Below are positions 19,584 to 28,131 of a DNA stretch of 64,000 nucleotides, piece by piece. Source of the DNA: a virus (taxonomy: Duplodnaviria; Caudoviricetes); IMG/VR virus record IMGVR_UViG_2740892201_000001, positions 24,422 through 88,421 of that record; one strand, 5' to 3'. The notes below the pieces were generated by a model. It saw only the letters and a program-made list of their open reading frames with translations, was not told where the DNA came from and ran no database searches. The translations under genes were made by a program, and so were the position numbers. Position 1 is the stretch's first letter. Each line of letters begins with the position of its first letter.

Positions 19584-19771
19584 GTCGCACCATACAGGGT
19601 TCCGGGCCAATAGATAGTGATGAATCTGGCAATAGCGAAACGTGAGCAAGTTATGTATTTTCGTCATGCAAAACTATGCAGCGCTCGGGCTATAGAGCAT
19701 AAATTCAGCACCAGCTGCAGCTTTACAATTTTGCTACTCGCTTCGCCTTGATCAAATCCACCGATCGATAT

Positions 19772-19791
19772 TACTGTTTATTCATACAGTA
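19772..19791 (+). promoter_or_regulatory. LexA (SOS) box
   Basis: TACTGTTTATTCATACAGTA = CTG-N10-CAG, downstream of TTGATC -35. Confidence 0.85.
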
Positions 19792-19812
19792 TTTATCAGA
19801 GGAGGATTACTG

Positions 19813-20052
19813 ATGGCGCGAGACTACGAGATAAAGCCTGCATTCGTACAGGCGATCACATTGGACCGACTAGGGCGTCAGATAGTGACGACCAGCGCAT
19901 TCCAGGCGAAGCTGGAGGCCGTAAACCATCACTGGACGCTGCAGCAGTGCAACCAGTGGATACGACGCGAACAGAATATGTTCATGGAGCTGGCGACAGA
20001 AAACGGTGACAACCGCACCTACGCCCTGCGTAATATGGGATATGTGAGGTAG
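19813..20052 (+). CDS. SOS-regulated small protein (function unknown)
   Basis: GGAGGA RBS; 79 aa; near-identical copy at 61908. Confidence 0.8.
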   Translation: MARDYEIKPAFVQAITLDRLGRQIVTTSAFQAKLEAVNHHWTLQQCNQWIRREQNMFMELATENGDNRTYALRNMGYVR

Positions 20053-20054
20053 TC

Positions 20055-20377
20055 ATGGGATTTCAGTCACCGGCGCAGGATTACGTCGAGAGCCGTCTCG
20101 ATCTCAACAGGCTGTTTGCACCTCACCCAAACCACATGCTCCGGATAGAGACGCCAGGCGGATTCGCTCTGATAGACCGATCGCTTCAGGCGAAGCCGGG
20201 CGACACGGTCGCATTCCAGTTCGACGATTACCCGCAACTGGGGAAACTATTCAGCACAGGCATCATCACTCAGGATGGAGAGACGTTAGAAGGGAATGGG
20301 CTTGAGGGGGTCGTGGTGCTTGGGAAGGTGACTGCCGAGGTTCTGACTCTATACGAGCCTTACCGACCGACAATCTG
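20055..20377 (+). CDS. UmuD'-like (HumD-type) protein lacking the protease motif
   Basis: Starts MGFQSPAQDYVE like cleaved UmuD'; no GDSM catalytic motif. Confidence 0.75.
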
Positions 20378-20389
20378 AGGCGAAAGGGG

Positions 20390-21562
20390 CTATGCCCCTT
20401 TACCATCCAGCCAGTCAGCCCAATGTTGCATCATCTCAATACGGTTATTAAGATACTGGGCATGGTTATAAATTCCTCGCGTACCTTGCGAGTTCACGTG
20501 CGCCAGCTGGGCCTCAATAGCATCACTGTTCCAGTGAAGTTCGTTCATGACGGTGCTGAACTGGTGACGGAATCCGTGCCCACTGGTTTGCCCCTCATAT
20601 CCAATCCTTCTTATCACACCGAGCACGGTATTCTCGCTGATAGGCTTCTTCTGGTCAGTACGGCCCGGGAAGCAGAGCAGGTACTGGCCGGTGACCTTTT
20701 TCAGGAAAGTCAGCAGTTCGACTACCTGATCAGACATAGGCACTATGTGTATACGCCGACCCTTCATTACTTCGGCGTCAATCGTGATAAGTCTATTTTC
20801 AAAGTCGACGTTCGCCCATGCCATCGAGCGTAACTCTTTTGTACGCAGAGCGGTGTAGTGAAGAACCTGCGCCGCAATCTTTGCAATCACGCTTCCACCA
20901 TACCCTTCAAGCGCCCTGTGGAACTCCCGTATACGGTTAATTGGAAGGAAAGGGTAGTTCTCCTTTCTGTATCCTCGCAGGGCATCGACAAGGTCTGGCG
21001 CGGGGTTGTACTTAGCTCGCCCGGTTACGATCGCATACCGGAAAACCTCGCCACACCTCCTCCTGGCCTTATCCGCTCTCTCCATCGCGCCACGTTCTTC
21101 GAAAAGCCTGATGACCTTCAGCAGAACCATTGGCTCAACCTCTTCCATTTTCAGGTGACCGATGATCGGCAAAATGTCGTCTGTGAACATCCGGTGTAGC
21201 TCATCCGCATAACCCGGGGACCAGACTTTAGACTTGTGGGCATACCATTCCCCGAAGATATCGCCAAAGGTGTCAGCATTAGCCTCTTTCTCTTTCTTCT
21301 TCAGCGACTGCTTCTGCTCGGCAGGATCAACGCCAGCAAGCAGCTTCATCTTGGCCTCAGACTGGCGGGCCCGGGCTTCTGTAAGCGATATCTCAGGATA
21401 GGGCCCAATTACTAGCGTCTTTTCTTTCCCGTCAAACCGGTAACGCAGCCGCCAGACCTTTTTGCCGGTAGGGGGAACGAAAAGGAACAGACCGCCAGAA
21501 TCGGCCAGGCGATATGACTTTTCCTTAGGGCGTGCAGCATCAATCTGCTTGACGGTCAGCAT
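20390..21562 (-). CDS. int: Tyrosine integrase, P4/IntS-like (prophage 1)
   Basis: MLTVKQIDAA.PKEK.YRL.D.GGL arm-binding domain; catalytic LRT.E, HGFR, LAH, Y residues. Confidence 0.93.
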   Translation of the reverse strand: MLTVKQIDAARPKEKSYRLADSGGLFLFVPPTGKKVWRLRYRFDGKEKTLVIGPYPEISLTEARARQSEAKMKLLAGVDPAEQKQSLKKKEKEANADTFGDIFGEWYAHKSKVWSPGYADELHRMFTDDILPIIGHLKMEEVEPMVLLKVIRLFEERGAMERADKARRRCGEVFRYAIVTGRAKYNPAPDLVDALRGYRKENYPFLPINRIREFHRALEGYGGSVIAKIAAQVLHYTALRTKELRSMAWANVDFENRLITIDAEVMKGRRIHIVPMSDQVVELLTFLKKVTGQYLLCFPGRTDQKKPISENTVLGVIRRIGYEGQTSGHGFRHQFSTVMNELHWNSDAIEAQLAHVNSQGTRGIYNHAQYLNNRIEMMQHWADWLDGKGA

Positions 21563-21725
21563 GTGGGCATAATTCCGGGCATAGTTTTTGGTGTGCCCAC
21601 AATATGCCCGCAAAAAGTCGGCGTAGTCAATTCATGTCGGTTCGCGTCGGTTGTATATGATTTGCGGTAAAGGGTGTTTCTGAAGGGGTTTTGTTCGTGT
21701 CGGTGGAGGCGGGTTCTGTAGAATG

Positions 21726-21800
21726 TGGTGTCCCCTGCAGGAATCGAACCTGCAACTAGCCCTTAGGAGGGGCTCGTTATATCCATTTAACTAAGGGGAC
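21726..21800 (-). tRNA. argW: tRNA-Arg(CCT), argW-like
   Basis: Reverse complement GTCCCCTTAGTTAAATGGATATAACGAGCCCCTCCTAAGGGCTAGTTGCAGGTTCGATTCCTGCAGGGGACACCA; 75 nt, CCT anticodon, encoded CCA. Confidence 0.97.
21777..21800 (+). repeat. att core of prophage 2 (copy in the intact tRNA)
   Basis: TTATATCCATTTAACTAAGGGGAC, exactly repeated at 63756-63779. Confidence 0.92.
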
Positions 21801-21940
21801 TTCGTTTGCGGAAGTTTTGAAGTTGTTCCGACGGTTCGCATCCTATCGTAAAACCTCAGATTTTTACAAGCCTTGCATTCTACTTTGTTTCGCTCGGTTT
21901 CCCTTACTTCTCCTTTAACATCGCCTCGTTCACTTGCCAA

Positions 21941-21983
21941 TGAGTACACATTGAGTACAGAATGCCTTTAGGAATTGTGTACA
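21941..21983 (+). repeat. Probable integrase arm-binding sites
   Basis: TGAGTACA x2 and TGTGTACA; matching TGCGTACA/TGAGTACA at 63677-63696 near the other att. Confidence 0.65.
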
Positions 21984-21993
21984 GGACATCATT

Positions 21994-23163
21994 GTGGCGC
22001 TGAGTGATACCAAATTAAGAAGCATCAATGGCAAAGCTTACAACGGACCAGCGGAACTAACCGATGGTGACGGGCTGAGCGTTCGCATCACTCCATCTGG
22101 CACGATTACATTTCAGCACCGCTACCGCTGGAATGGAAAGCCTGTGCGTCTCACTGTCGGTCGCTACCCTTCAACATCGCTGAAAGATGCCCGCATTGCC
22201 GTAGGTGAGATGCGTGGATTGTACACGAAGGGGGTTAACCCAAAAACCTATTTTGCCGGAAGCACTGGTGTACTGACTCTTAAGGAGTGCCTGGATAACT
22301 GGTGGGAAAAATATGTTAAAGACCTAAAGCACAATACACAGGTGCTGTACAAATCAGTTGTGTACAACACCATGTACAACGAATTCGAAGATGTGCCTGT
22401 TGCCAACATCCCTGTATCAGCCTGGGTCCAGTTCTTTGATAAACAGGAAAACCTGAATAAGAAGAAAGCCCGCGTTCTGTTGCTTCAACTCCGCTCAGTC
22501 ATTCACTGGTGCATCAGCCGGCAGCTGATACCTTCATGTGAGATCACAAAACTGAGCGTCAAAAATATTGGCAAGAAGCCAGACGTTGGTGATCGAGTTC
22601 TGACCTATAGCGAGTTAGCAAAAATATGGGTGGCGCTTGAGAACAGCAAGATCGTCACTTCCAACAGGTTGCTTCATCAGATGCTATTGCTGTGGGGCGC
22701 TCGCTTGTCTGAGCTTCGCCTGGCTAACGCTGCTGAGTTTAATACCACCGATTGGATATGGACCACACCATCCGAACATTCAAAGATGGGCAACATCATC
22801 AGGCGTCCTATCTTTGAGCAAATGAAGCCCATGGTGGAGCGCCTGCTAAATAGCGGGAATAAGGTTTTGTTTCCGGGGCAAGAACTCGACAAAGCTATTG
22901 ATCGCTCTTCATCGAATTTGTACATGCGGAAACTGAGAGAGGCTATTGATATTCCTGAATGGCGCACCCACGACTTCCGCCGTTCATTGGTGACTAACTT
23001 ATCAAGTGAGGGAGTCATGCCCCATGTCACTGAGAAAATGCTGGGGCATGAACTTGGTGGTGTCATGGCTGTGTACAACAAACACGACTGGCTGGAAGAT
23101 CAAAGAAAGGCATATGAGTTGTATGCAGATAAAATATTCTGGCACGTCAAACAGCTCGGTTAA
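21994..23163 (+). CDS. int: Tyrosine integrase (prophage 2)
   Basis: DGDGLSVRI arm domain; GAR.SE, HDFRRS, LGH and YN catalytic motifs. Confidence 0.93.
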   Translation: MALSDTKLRSINGKAYNGPAELTDGDGLSVRITPSGTITFQHRYRWNGKPVRLTVGRYPSTSLKDARIAVGEMRGLYTKGVNPKTYFAGSTGVLTLKECLDNWWEKYVKDLKHNTQVLYKSVVYNTMYNEFEDVPVANIPVSAWVQFFDKQENLNKKKARVLLLQLRSVIHWCISRQLIPSCEITKLSVKNIGKKPDVGDRVLTYSELAKIWVALENSKIVTSNRLLHQMLLLWGARLSELRLANAAEFNTTDWIWTTPSEHSKMGNIIRRPIFEQMKPMVERLLNSGNKVLFPGQELDKAIDRSSSNLYMRKLREAIDIPEWRTHDFRRSLVTNLSSEGVMPHVTEKMLGHELGGVMAVYNKHDWLEDQRKAYELYADKIFWHVKQLG

Positions 23164-23329
23164 TCCCTCCATCACAAATCCATTTCTCAACCGCTCTGCG
23201 GCTATACCGCGCCGGATGTGTTAGCACTGGCGCTGGAAATCCATGCTGTTTGCGCAGCCGCCAGAGTGCCGTTCTCGCTTTACCAATTTCGTCCAAAACT
23301 TCTTTTTCACTCATAAAGTCGTGGTGCAT
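23147..23329 (-). CDS. Excisionase / AlpA-like recombination directionality factor
   Basis: EVL..IG..RTALWRL....GFPAP...RY.R..VE.W winged helix, convergent with int. Confidence 0.8.
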   Translation of the reverse strand: MHHDFMSEKEVLDEIGKARTALWRLRKQHGFPAPVLTHPARYSRRAVEKWICDGGINRAV

Positions 23330-23379
23330 ATTCTTCTCCACACATTCCTGCTGCATCAGGTTTGTTTAGCCGTGACACG

Positions 23380-23727
23380 TCACGGCGTATTGATATTCAA
23401 CTTCAGTTCATGCCAGCCGCTGGTGGCCCAGCACGCTGCTTCACCCTGGCAAGGGCATGACTGCACCGGCAGCTGCTCTTTGCACTTCCCGCACTGCTGG
23501 TGGGACAGCACTTCCAGCTGCTGCATCAGCTCAGCAGCATCCTTCCGAATTAACAGCGCTATGTACTCGTTCAGCTCATATGGTTCACGACCGAAGCGGC
23601 GTGTGGCGCAGTTCTGCGCCAGCATCACCAGTTCCTGACTATCCAGCGCCAGCTCCAGTTTTTTACCACCGGCAGCGGCCTGTCTGGCACGCTGCGCGGC
23701 TTTGCGTTCGGCGGGGGATTTAGGCAT
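23380..23727 (-). CDS. Conserved lambdoid hypothetical protein with Cys-rich C-terminus
   Basis: MPKSPAERKAAQRARQ start; CxxC...CPC...C. Confidence 0.7.
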   Translation of the reverse strand: MPKSPAERKAAQRARQAAAGGKKLELALDSQELVMLAQNCATRRFGREPYELNEYIALLIRKDAAELMQQLEVLSHQQCGKCKEQLPVQSCPCQGEAACWATSGWHELKLNINTP

Positions 23728-23856
23728 TTGTCACCGCCGCTTTAACGGCTTGCCACACAATTTCAAGTATCGATGACCAGGCCAGATATGTATGAATACC
23801 CGCCACAAATCCAAACCCAACAACCATGGCATACAGTAAAGCGTTGCACTTAGACA

Positions 23857-24516
23857 TCACTCCACCTCCACGCGCTTAAACTCAATGACCCACACCCACG
23901 GGTTAGCCAGCCAGCTGTCATCGCCGTAGATAGACTTCCATAACGTAACGAAGGAACCGCGTGCGCTCAGCTGGTGCTGAGTCCAGCCGGGCTGATAATG
24001 ACGCCAGAAACCGCCCCGTAACTGCTCCACGCCTTCCGCGCGTGCATCGACTTCACTGATATCGTACATCCGCTCCACACGAACGCCGGTAATCTCCAGC
24101 GTTATGCGGGAAGCCCAGCGCGGCATGTGGATGGATGGGCGCCAGCGGCCTTCTTTCGGCCAATCGTCTGGAATAGTTGCGCGGTAAGCCATGTCGTGGC
24201 TGTATTGGTCAATGTTGTATCTTGCCCACGTCTCACGCACCCACAAGCGATCACCAATTGCACCAAAAGGACAGGTGTAGCCCTCATCATCGCTGGCCAC
24301 ACCAAAAACTTTTTTCTTGGCTGGCTGAAGGTAGCCATCTTTATCGACCATGCCGGGCGTATACCAGCGCGCGTTAAAGTCCGTTTTCAGTTCCATATTC
24401 ATCGGACAGAAATCGGCAGAAGGCTGCACCCGCATGATCCGGCGCGTCTGAGTCTTTCTGCCGTCGAGAACTGCACGAACCATGTCGGCGTTAAAGATGA
24501 CTGGACGCTCTTTCAT
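23857..24516 (-). CDS. ASCH/PUA-like phage protein
   Basis: FN..MVRA.LDGRKTQTRR...GDRLWVRETW...W.PSIHMPRWASRI...W.ANPWVWVIEF. Confidence 0.8.
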   Translation of the reverse strand: MKERPVIFNADMVRAVLDGRKTQTRRIMRVQPSADFCPMNMELKTDFNARWYTPGMVDKDGYLQPAKKKVFGVASDDEGYTCPFGAIGDRLWVRETWARYNIDQYSHDMAYRATIPDDWPKEGRWRPSIHMPRWASRITLEITGVRVERMYDISEVDARAEGVEQLRGGFWRHYQPGWTQHQLSARGSFVTLWKSIYGDDSWLANPWVWVIEFKRVEVE

Positions 24517-25094
24517 TTCGCCTCCTCAATGTTGCGCAGGATGGCGGCGCGGCACAAGTTGAATCCTTCAGCTCTTGACTCAAGGGCTTTCTGAGCATCA
24601 ACCGGCCTGCTGAAAGGTTCAACAACCATTTCATCTGGCACCAGCCCCGCCAGGCTGACGGCGGGCGCGGGGCGGGTGAATAGATTGATAATCCGCCGGG
24701 GGGCTGCGTTAGACGTTACTGGGTCTACAGTGAACAAATATCCGCAACCGTGATTTTTAACGTCCCGCAATTCCTGCTCGTCTGTCCACGCCACAGGCTG
24801 CTGCTTCTCCAGCTCTGCCAGCTTCGCCCGCATCACACTGCGCTCAGCATCAAGGTTATCAATCGCACGCTCAGCCGTTGCCAGCTTCGCCTCTGCTGCT
24901 TCTGCGCGCTGCTGCCAAGCAAGAGCGCCTTCAAGGTTCTTCTGCACTTCCTGTTCCAGCGCCCGGAATGCTTCGGCAATAGCTGCAGCAGACTCGTCGA
25001 TTGCTTTCCGGCGAGTGGTGACATCAACGTCACGCGAACCCGGCGCACCATATTTCGGATACAGCGCTTCAACTAACTCATTCAGCTTTTCCAT
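24513..25094 (-). CDS. Ead/Ea22-like coiled-coil protein
   Basis: Coiled coil followed by QPVAW and GFN.CRAAIL motifs. Confidence 0.6.
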   Translation of the reverse strand: MEKLNELVEALYPKYGAPGSRDVDVTTRRKAIDESAAAIAEAFRALEQEVQKNLEGALAWQQRAEAAEAKLATAERAIDNLDAERSVMRAKLAELEKQQPVAWTDEQELRDVKNHGCGYLFTVDPVTSNAAPRRIINLFTRPAPAVSLAGLVPDEMVVEPFSRPVDAQKALESRAEGFNLCRAAILRNIEEAK

Positions 25095-25106
25095 TACTCA
25101 CCATCC

Positions 25107-25511
25107 TTAACCCATGCATTCCAGATACAGCCCGCTGGCAATCAGACGGGCGCGGCGTTTTGCTGCTTCTCGGTGGCGCTTCTTTGCCTCTTCAGAGCAG
25201 TCATTCCTGTAGTTGATCACCATTGGCTTACATGGTGGGGAGGCAACACGACGTGGATTTCTGACCAGGGTGTAAGTGCGGTCAATATAGCCGCCGCCAA
25301 GGCTGATTTGATTAGAGGCTTCAACCTGCAGCGTTTCGCCTCCTCTGCGTAATATGTGAATAACTAAACGGTTGAACTCACTGAGGGTCATACCGAGACG
25401 TTCTGCCAACTCCCGGCCCGTTGCCGGGCCCTTTGATAACTGCCAGGCTAACTTTTCACTGAATCCGGCATTCGCCCCATTGCTGCGCCGGAATTGGGCG
25501 ACCTTTTTCAT
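25107..25511 (-). CDS. Hypothetical HTH protein
   Basis: GPATGRELAERLGMT winged-HTH-like segment; in the early left operon. Confidence 0.6.
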   Translation of the reverse strand: MKKVAQFRRSNGANAGFSEKLAWQLSKGPATGRELAERLGMTLSEFNRLVIHILRRGGETLQVEASNQISLGGGYIDRTYTLVRNPRRVASPPCKPMVINYRNDCSEEAKKRHREAAKRRARLIASGLYLECMG

Positions 25512-25951
25512 GACACCACCTTCAGGGTTACCGTGCGTGAGCGGAGTAAATCCATTTCCATTTGGGAAATGATGTTGATCGCATGTGAAATACCCGGTTG
25601 CTGGTGGTTACCCAGTGTTGTTACAGCGCGGCGGGCTTCCCCAAGTGCTTCACCACGCAATGTTCGAATCCACTGATTACAGGCTGGAGTGGCAAGCGCT
25701 GCATTCAGATCGTCAATCAGGGTCATATCAGCCCCGGCAATCTGAAGCGCCGCGATGGTATCAGGCAGGACGCTGTTGATACGCAGCACCTCTCCAGCCA
25801 TGAGATTGGCGCGAACGGTGGCCACGTCGAGACGTGATGCCAGTTCAGTTACCATCTTCGCCATGTCCATAAGAGAGGTTTCTTTGCCGATGTTCTTAGC
25901 GAACTGGTGGCCGGCAGCGACGACTTCTTTGTTCGATTTAAAATGATGCAT
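25508..25951 (-). CDS. Hypothetical early-left protein
   Basis: GAGGG RBS before MHHFKSNKE; overlaps the next gene. Confidence 0.6.
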   Translation of the reverse strand: MHHFKSNKEVVAAGHQFAKNIGKETSLMDMAKMVTELASRLDVATVRANLMAGEVLRINSVLPDTIAALQIAGADMTLIDDLNAALATPACNQWIRTLRGEALGEARRAVTTLGNHQQPGISHAINIISQMEMDLLRSRTVTLKVVS

Positions 25952-25961
25952 GTCATCGCCC

Positions 25962-26126
25962 TCAGTGAATGGTGATGTTGATGGTTTTATTAAGCCGCTC
26001 AGCTTCACGCTGCGCCTTAATGGGATTACTGATTACCGACCCGTCAGGCATAACCCAGCCGTTGAGGATATGGCTGTAGGGCAGGGTGATAATGCCTACG
26101 GTGATATGGTCGTTTGGCTTTTCCAT
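25962..26126 (-). CDS. DUF1317-like small protein
   Basis: D.ITVG.ITLPYSHILNGW..PDG.VI.NP.KAQR.AE; GGAGAG RBS. Confidence 0.7.
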   Translation of the reverse strand: MEKPNDHITVGIITLPYSHILNGWVMPDGSVISNPIKAQREAERLNKTINITIH

Positions 26127-26268
26127 GAAACTCTCCACACACGATTTTTGGTTGCATGAATCCCTTGCCAGTGACGGCAATAAAAAACTTTTGGGATTCG
26201 CTTAAGTTGGCTGGTGGGTTACTGCAATAACCCACAGCCCGATTACTCCACACACTTGAAAGGTTGCT

Positions 26269-26382
26269 GCGGTGCCGGGTGCCTCCCGGTGCTCTGGTCA
26301 GACTGACAGACACCAGAGCGGAGACTCTTAGACTGTATGCAATCTTTGTCAGTCTTCCGCGTGCGCTGGCCGCATTCACCAC
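26269..26382 (-). ncRNA. Structured RNA element (sRNA-Xcc1-like motif), early left operon
   Basis: GTGGTGAAT...CACCGGGAGGCACCCGGCACCGC with terminal pairing; second copy at 35233. Confidence 0.55.
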
Positions 26383-26515
26383 AACGATAAGGACACTTAC
26401 TCCACGTCTCTAAAGCGTTCGAAAACACCCGCTTTGCAAATGTCCTTGTCGTTGTGAAAAAGGGCGGTTAAACCAAACCATCATGAGTAACCGCCAACAC
26501 AGCAATTCAGTACTC

Positions 26516-26665
26516 TTAAAACGCTGGTCCGCGAACCACGTTTTCTAATTCACACTTCACACTCACCACACCGGCATCACCGCAACAGACAACATCAGCA
26601 TCTGGAAAGAGCCTCAAAAAAGTAATCAGGTCCCGGAGCGTTGTGTTCGACATGTTTTTAATCAT
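26516..26665 (-). CDS. 49-aa first ORF of the PL operon (not in ORF track)
   Basis: MIKNMSNTTLRDLITFLRLFPDADVVCCGDAGVVSVKCELENVVRGPAF; GAGGG/GGAG upstream. Confidence 0.5.
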   Translation of the reverse strand: MIKNMSNTTLRDLITFLRLFPDADVVCCGDAGVVSVKCELENVVRGPAF

Positions 26666-26778
26666 CTCCACAGTACTGCCCTCACACCACTGCAACTGCT
26701 TTAGCGAATCATCCCGATCTTCTTACGCCTCGGGCGGCTACTTCGTGGGCGTCCTGCCTATTCGCTGTTGATAGATTC

Positions 26779-26841
26779 ATTATTGCCGGAAGTGATAAAT
26801 CAGTCAACACCGCCGGAGATATTATATATCCTGCGGTGTTT
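26779..26841 (-). promoter_or_regulatory. PL promoter and OL operators
   Basis: TTGACT-17-AATAAT; operator CAACACCGCCGGAGATA resembles lambda OL2, flanked by two similar 17-mers. Confidence 0.85.
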
Positions 26842-26945
26842 ATGTCATTGATTGAAATGATATTAAAAATTTTCTGCACGCATAATCATCAGATTGAGCA
26901 TTTAGTAATGTATGTTTTGAGTGTTTTTTGATCGATGGGAGCACC

Positions 26946-27148
26946 ATGAGCAAGCAATCAGAAGAACTTTATGATGAGATGTGCAGGGTGGTCGGAGACG
27001 TGGTTCTTACGCTTCATGATTACGGAGTTGAATCGAAACAAATGTGATAGCAGATGCACTTAGAACGGCGCTGGCATCGAAGAATCCCGCCCAGTCTGAG
27101 CTACTGGTCAAAGCAATGGAAGCTGCGGTAAAAGTACTGGAGCGTTAG
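26946..27148 (+). pseudogene. fumD: FumD/YdhZ (DUF2767)-like gene with a 1-bp frameshift
   Basis: MSKQSEELYDEMCRVVGDVV...KQ, then in a shifted frame VIADALRTALA...AMEAAVKVLER; span is 203 bp. Confidence 0.7.
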
Positions 27149-27151
27149 GCA

Positions 27152-27222
27152 TAAAAAAGCCCGCGCTAGACGGGCATAAACTCGTTCAATTGGGGCAAAC
27201 CATCTGTCAGCATAAGCTGACG
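27152..27222 (-). ncRNA. Putative sRNA unit I (immunity region)
   Basis: TATCAT -10; 5' hairpin GUCAGC-UUAU-GCUGAC; terminator GCCCG..CGGGC-U6; shares the hairpin and CCAAUUGA with unit D. Confidence 0.6.
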
Positions 27223-27303
27223 ATAATAATGATACTTACGATGTGAAAATTAGGAAATAGATGCTCCACAATTTGTTAAGCACCGCAAATTTTGTGCGAA
27301 AAC

Positions 27304-27378
27304 AAAAAGGCCCGCCGGACGCGGGCTAGCAGTATCAAAGCATTCAAAAGAGAAGTTTTGAGCATCAGTTGAGCTCAT
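27304..27378 (-). ncRNA. Putative sigma28-dependent sRNA unit J (immunity region)
   Basis: TAAAGATT-N11-GACGATAA (27410-27384); 5' hairpin; terminator GCCCGC..GCGGGC plus U tract. Confidence 0.7.
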
Positions 27379-27407
27379 TCAGATTATCGTCAAATACTGA
27401 GAAATCT

Positions 27408-28121
27408 TTATTGAAATGTCTCTTCAGGCCATTGAGCTTTCACCACCTTACCTATGATCCGGCAACTATGATCACAGTCTAAAATCCGATAAGCAGGATT
27501 GAGCGGCACAAGATAGCTTACACCCGCATCCTTCTCATACTTTTTGAAAGTCACTTCTGAGTCAGCATTCGCAGACGCCACGCAGAAGTCGCCAGTCTCA
27601 ACCGGTTCTGCCGGGTCGATGAGGATCAGCATACCCTCTGGGAAACTTGGACGAACGCCCTGCGGCGCGGTCATTGAGTGACCCTTCACTTCAAGCCAGA
27701 ACGCTTTATCGCTGGCTTTCTTAGTTGTAGGGACCCATGCCTTTGCATCTCTGGAGGTAAAACTACCCACCTCAGAAAAATCACCAGCCTGGACATAAGT
27801 GAACAGGGGGTATTCATAGTGATTTGACCTAATGTTTTCTTCACCAATCGACTGATACATGTCAGCGATCTCAGCAGCAATTTTAGGACTAAATTCTCCA
27901 ACACTTACCTTCAAGAATTTGGCTAATGCTGAGGCATTGCTGGGATTCAGAGCATTTACTCCATTCAGCAAAGATGCGACAGCTGATTGACCTACGCCCA
28001 GTGCGTCCGCCACAGACTCTTGGGAAATACCCAACTCAGCTTTTTTGCGCTCATAGATTGATTTCAGTCTCTGCGCGTCTTCGATTTGCTCGTTAGTGAG
28101 CGGCTTTTTCTTTGCATTCAT
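27408..28121 (-). CDS. cI: Lambda-type CI repressor (HTH plus S24 autoprotease)
   Basis: KKKPLT.EQ.EDA.RLK.IYE.KK.ELG.SQESVAD...GQS; VQAG cleavage site; FWLEV.G.SMTAP.G..PSFP; TFKK. Confidence 0.95.
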   Translation of the reverse strand: MNAKKKPLTNEQIEDAQRLKSIYERKKAELGISQESVADALGVGQSAVASLLNGVNALNPSNASALAKFLKVSVGEFSPKIAAEIADMYQSIGEENIRSNHYEYPLFTYVQAGDFSEVGSFTSRDAKAWVPTTKKASDKAFWLEVKGHSMTAPQGVRPSFPEGMLILIDPAEPVETGDFCVASANADSEVTFKKYEKDAGVSYLVPLNPAYRILDCDHSCRIIGKVVKAQWPEETFQ

Positions 28122-28131
28122 ATGTGAAATT

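Larger units (their letters stand above)
1..21725. mobile_element. Prophage 1 (partial): BPP-1/epsilon15-like temperate podovirus integrated at the 3' end of tRNA-Arg
   Basis: Contiguous podoviral structural genes, gtr cassette, and a tyrosine integrase just downstream of the tRNA 3' end. The other att site lies outside the window. Confidence 0.9.

Noticed and set aside
19578-19610. sigmaE or sigma54 promoter for unit D (GGAAC..., TGGC...)
   Set aside because: The second element or spacing does not fit either consensus. TATGGT positioned before the 5' hairpin fits better.
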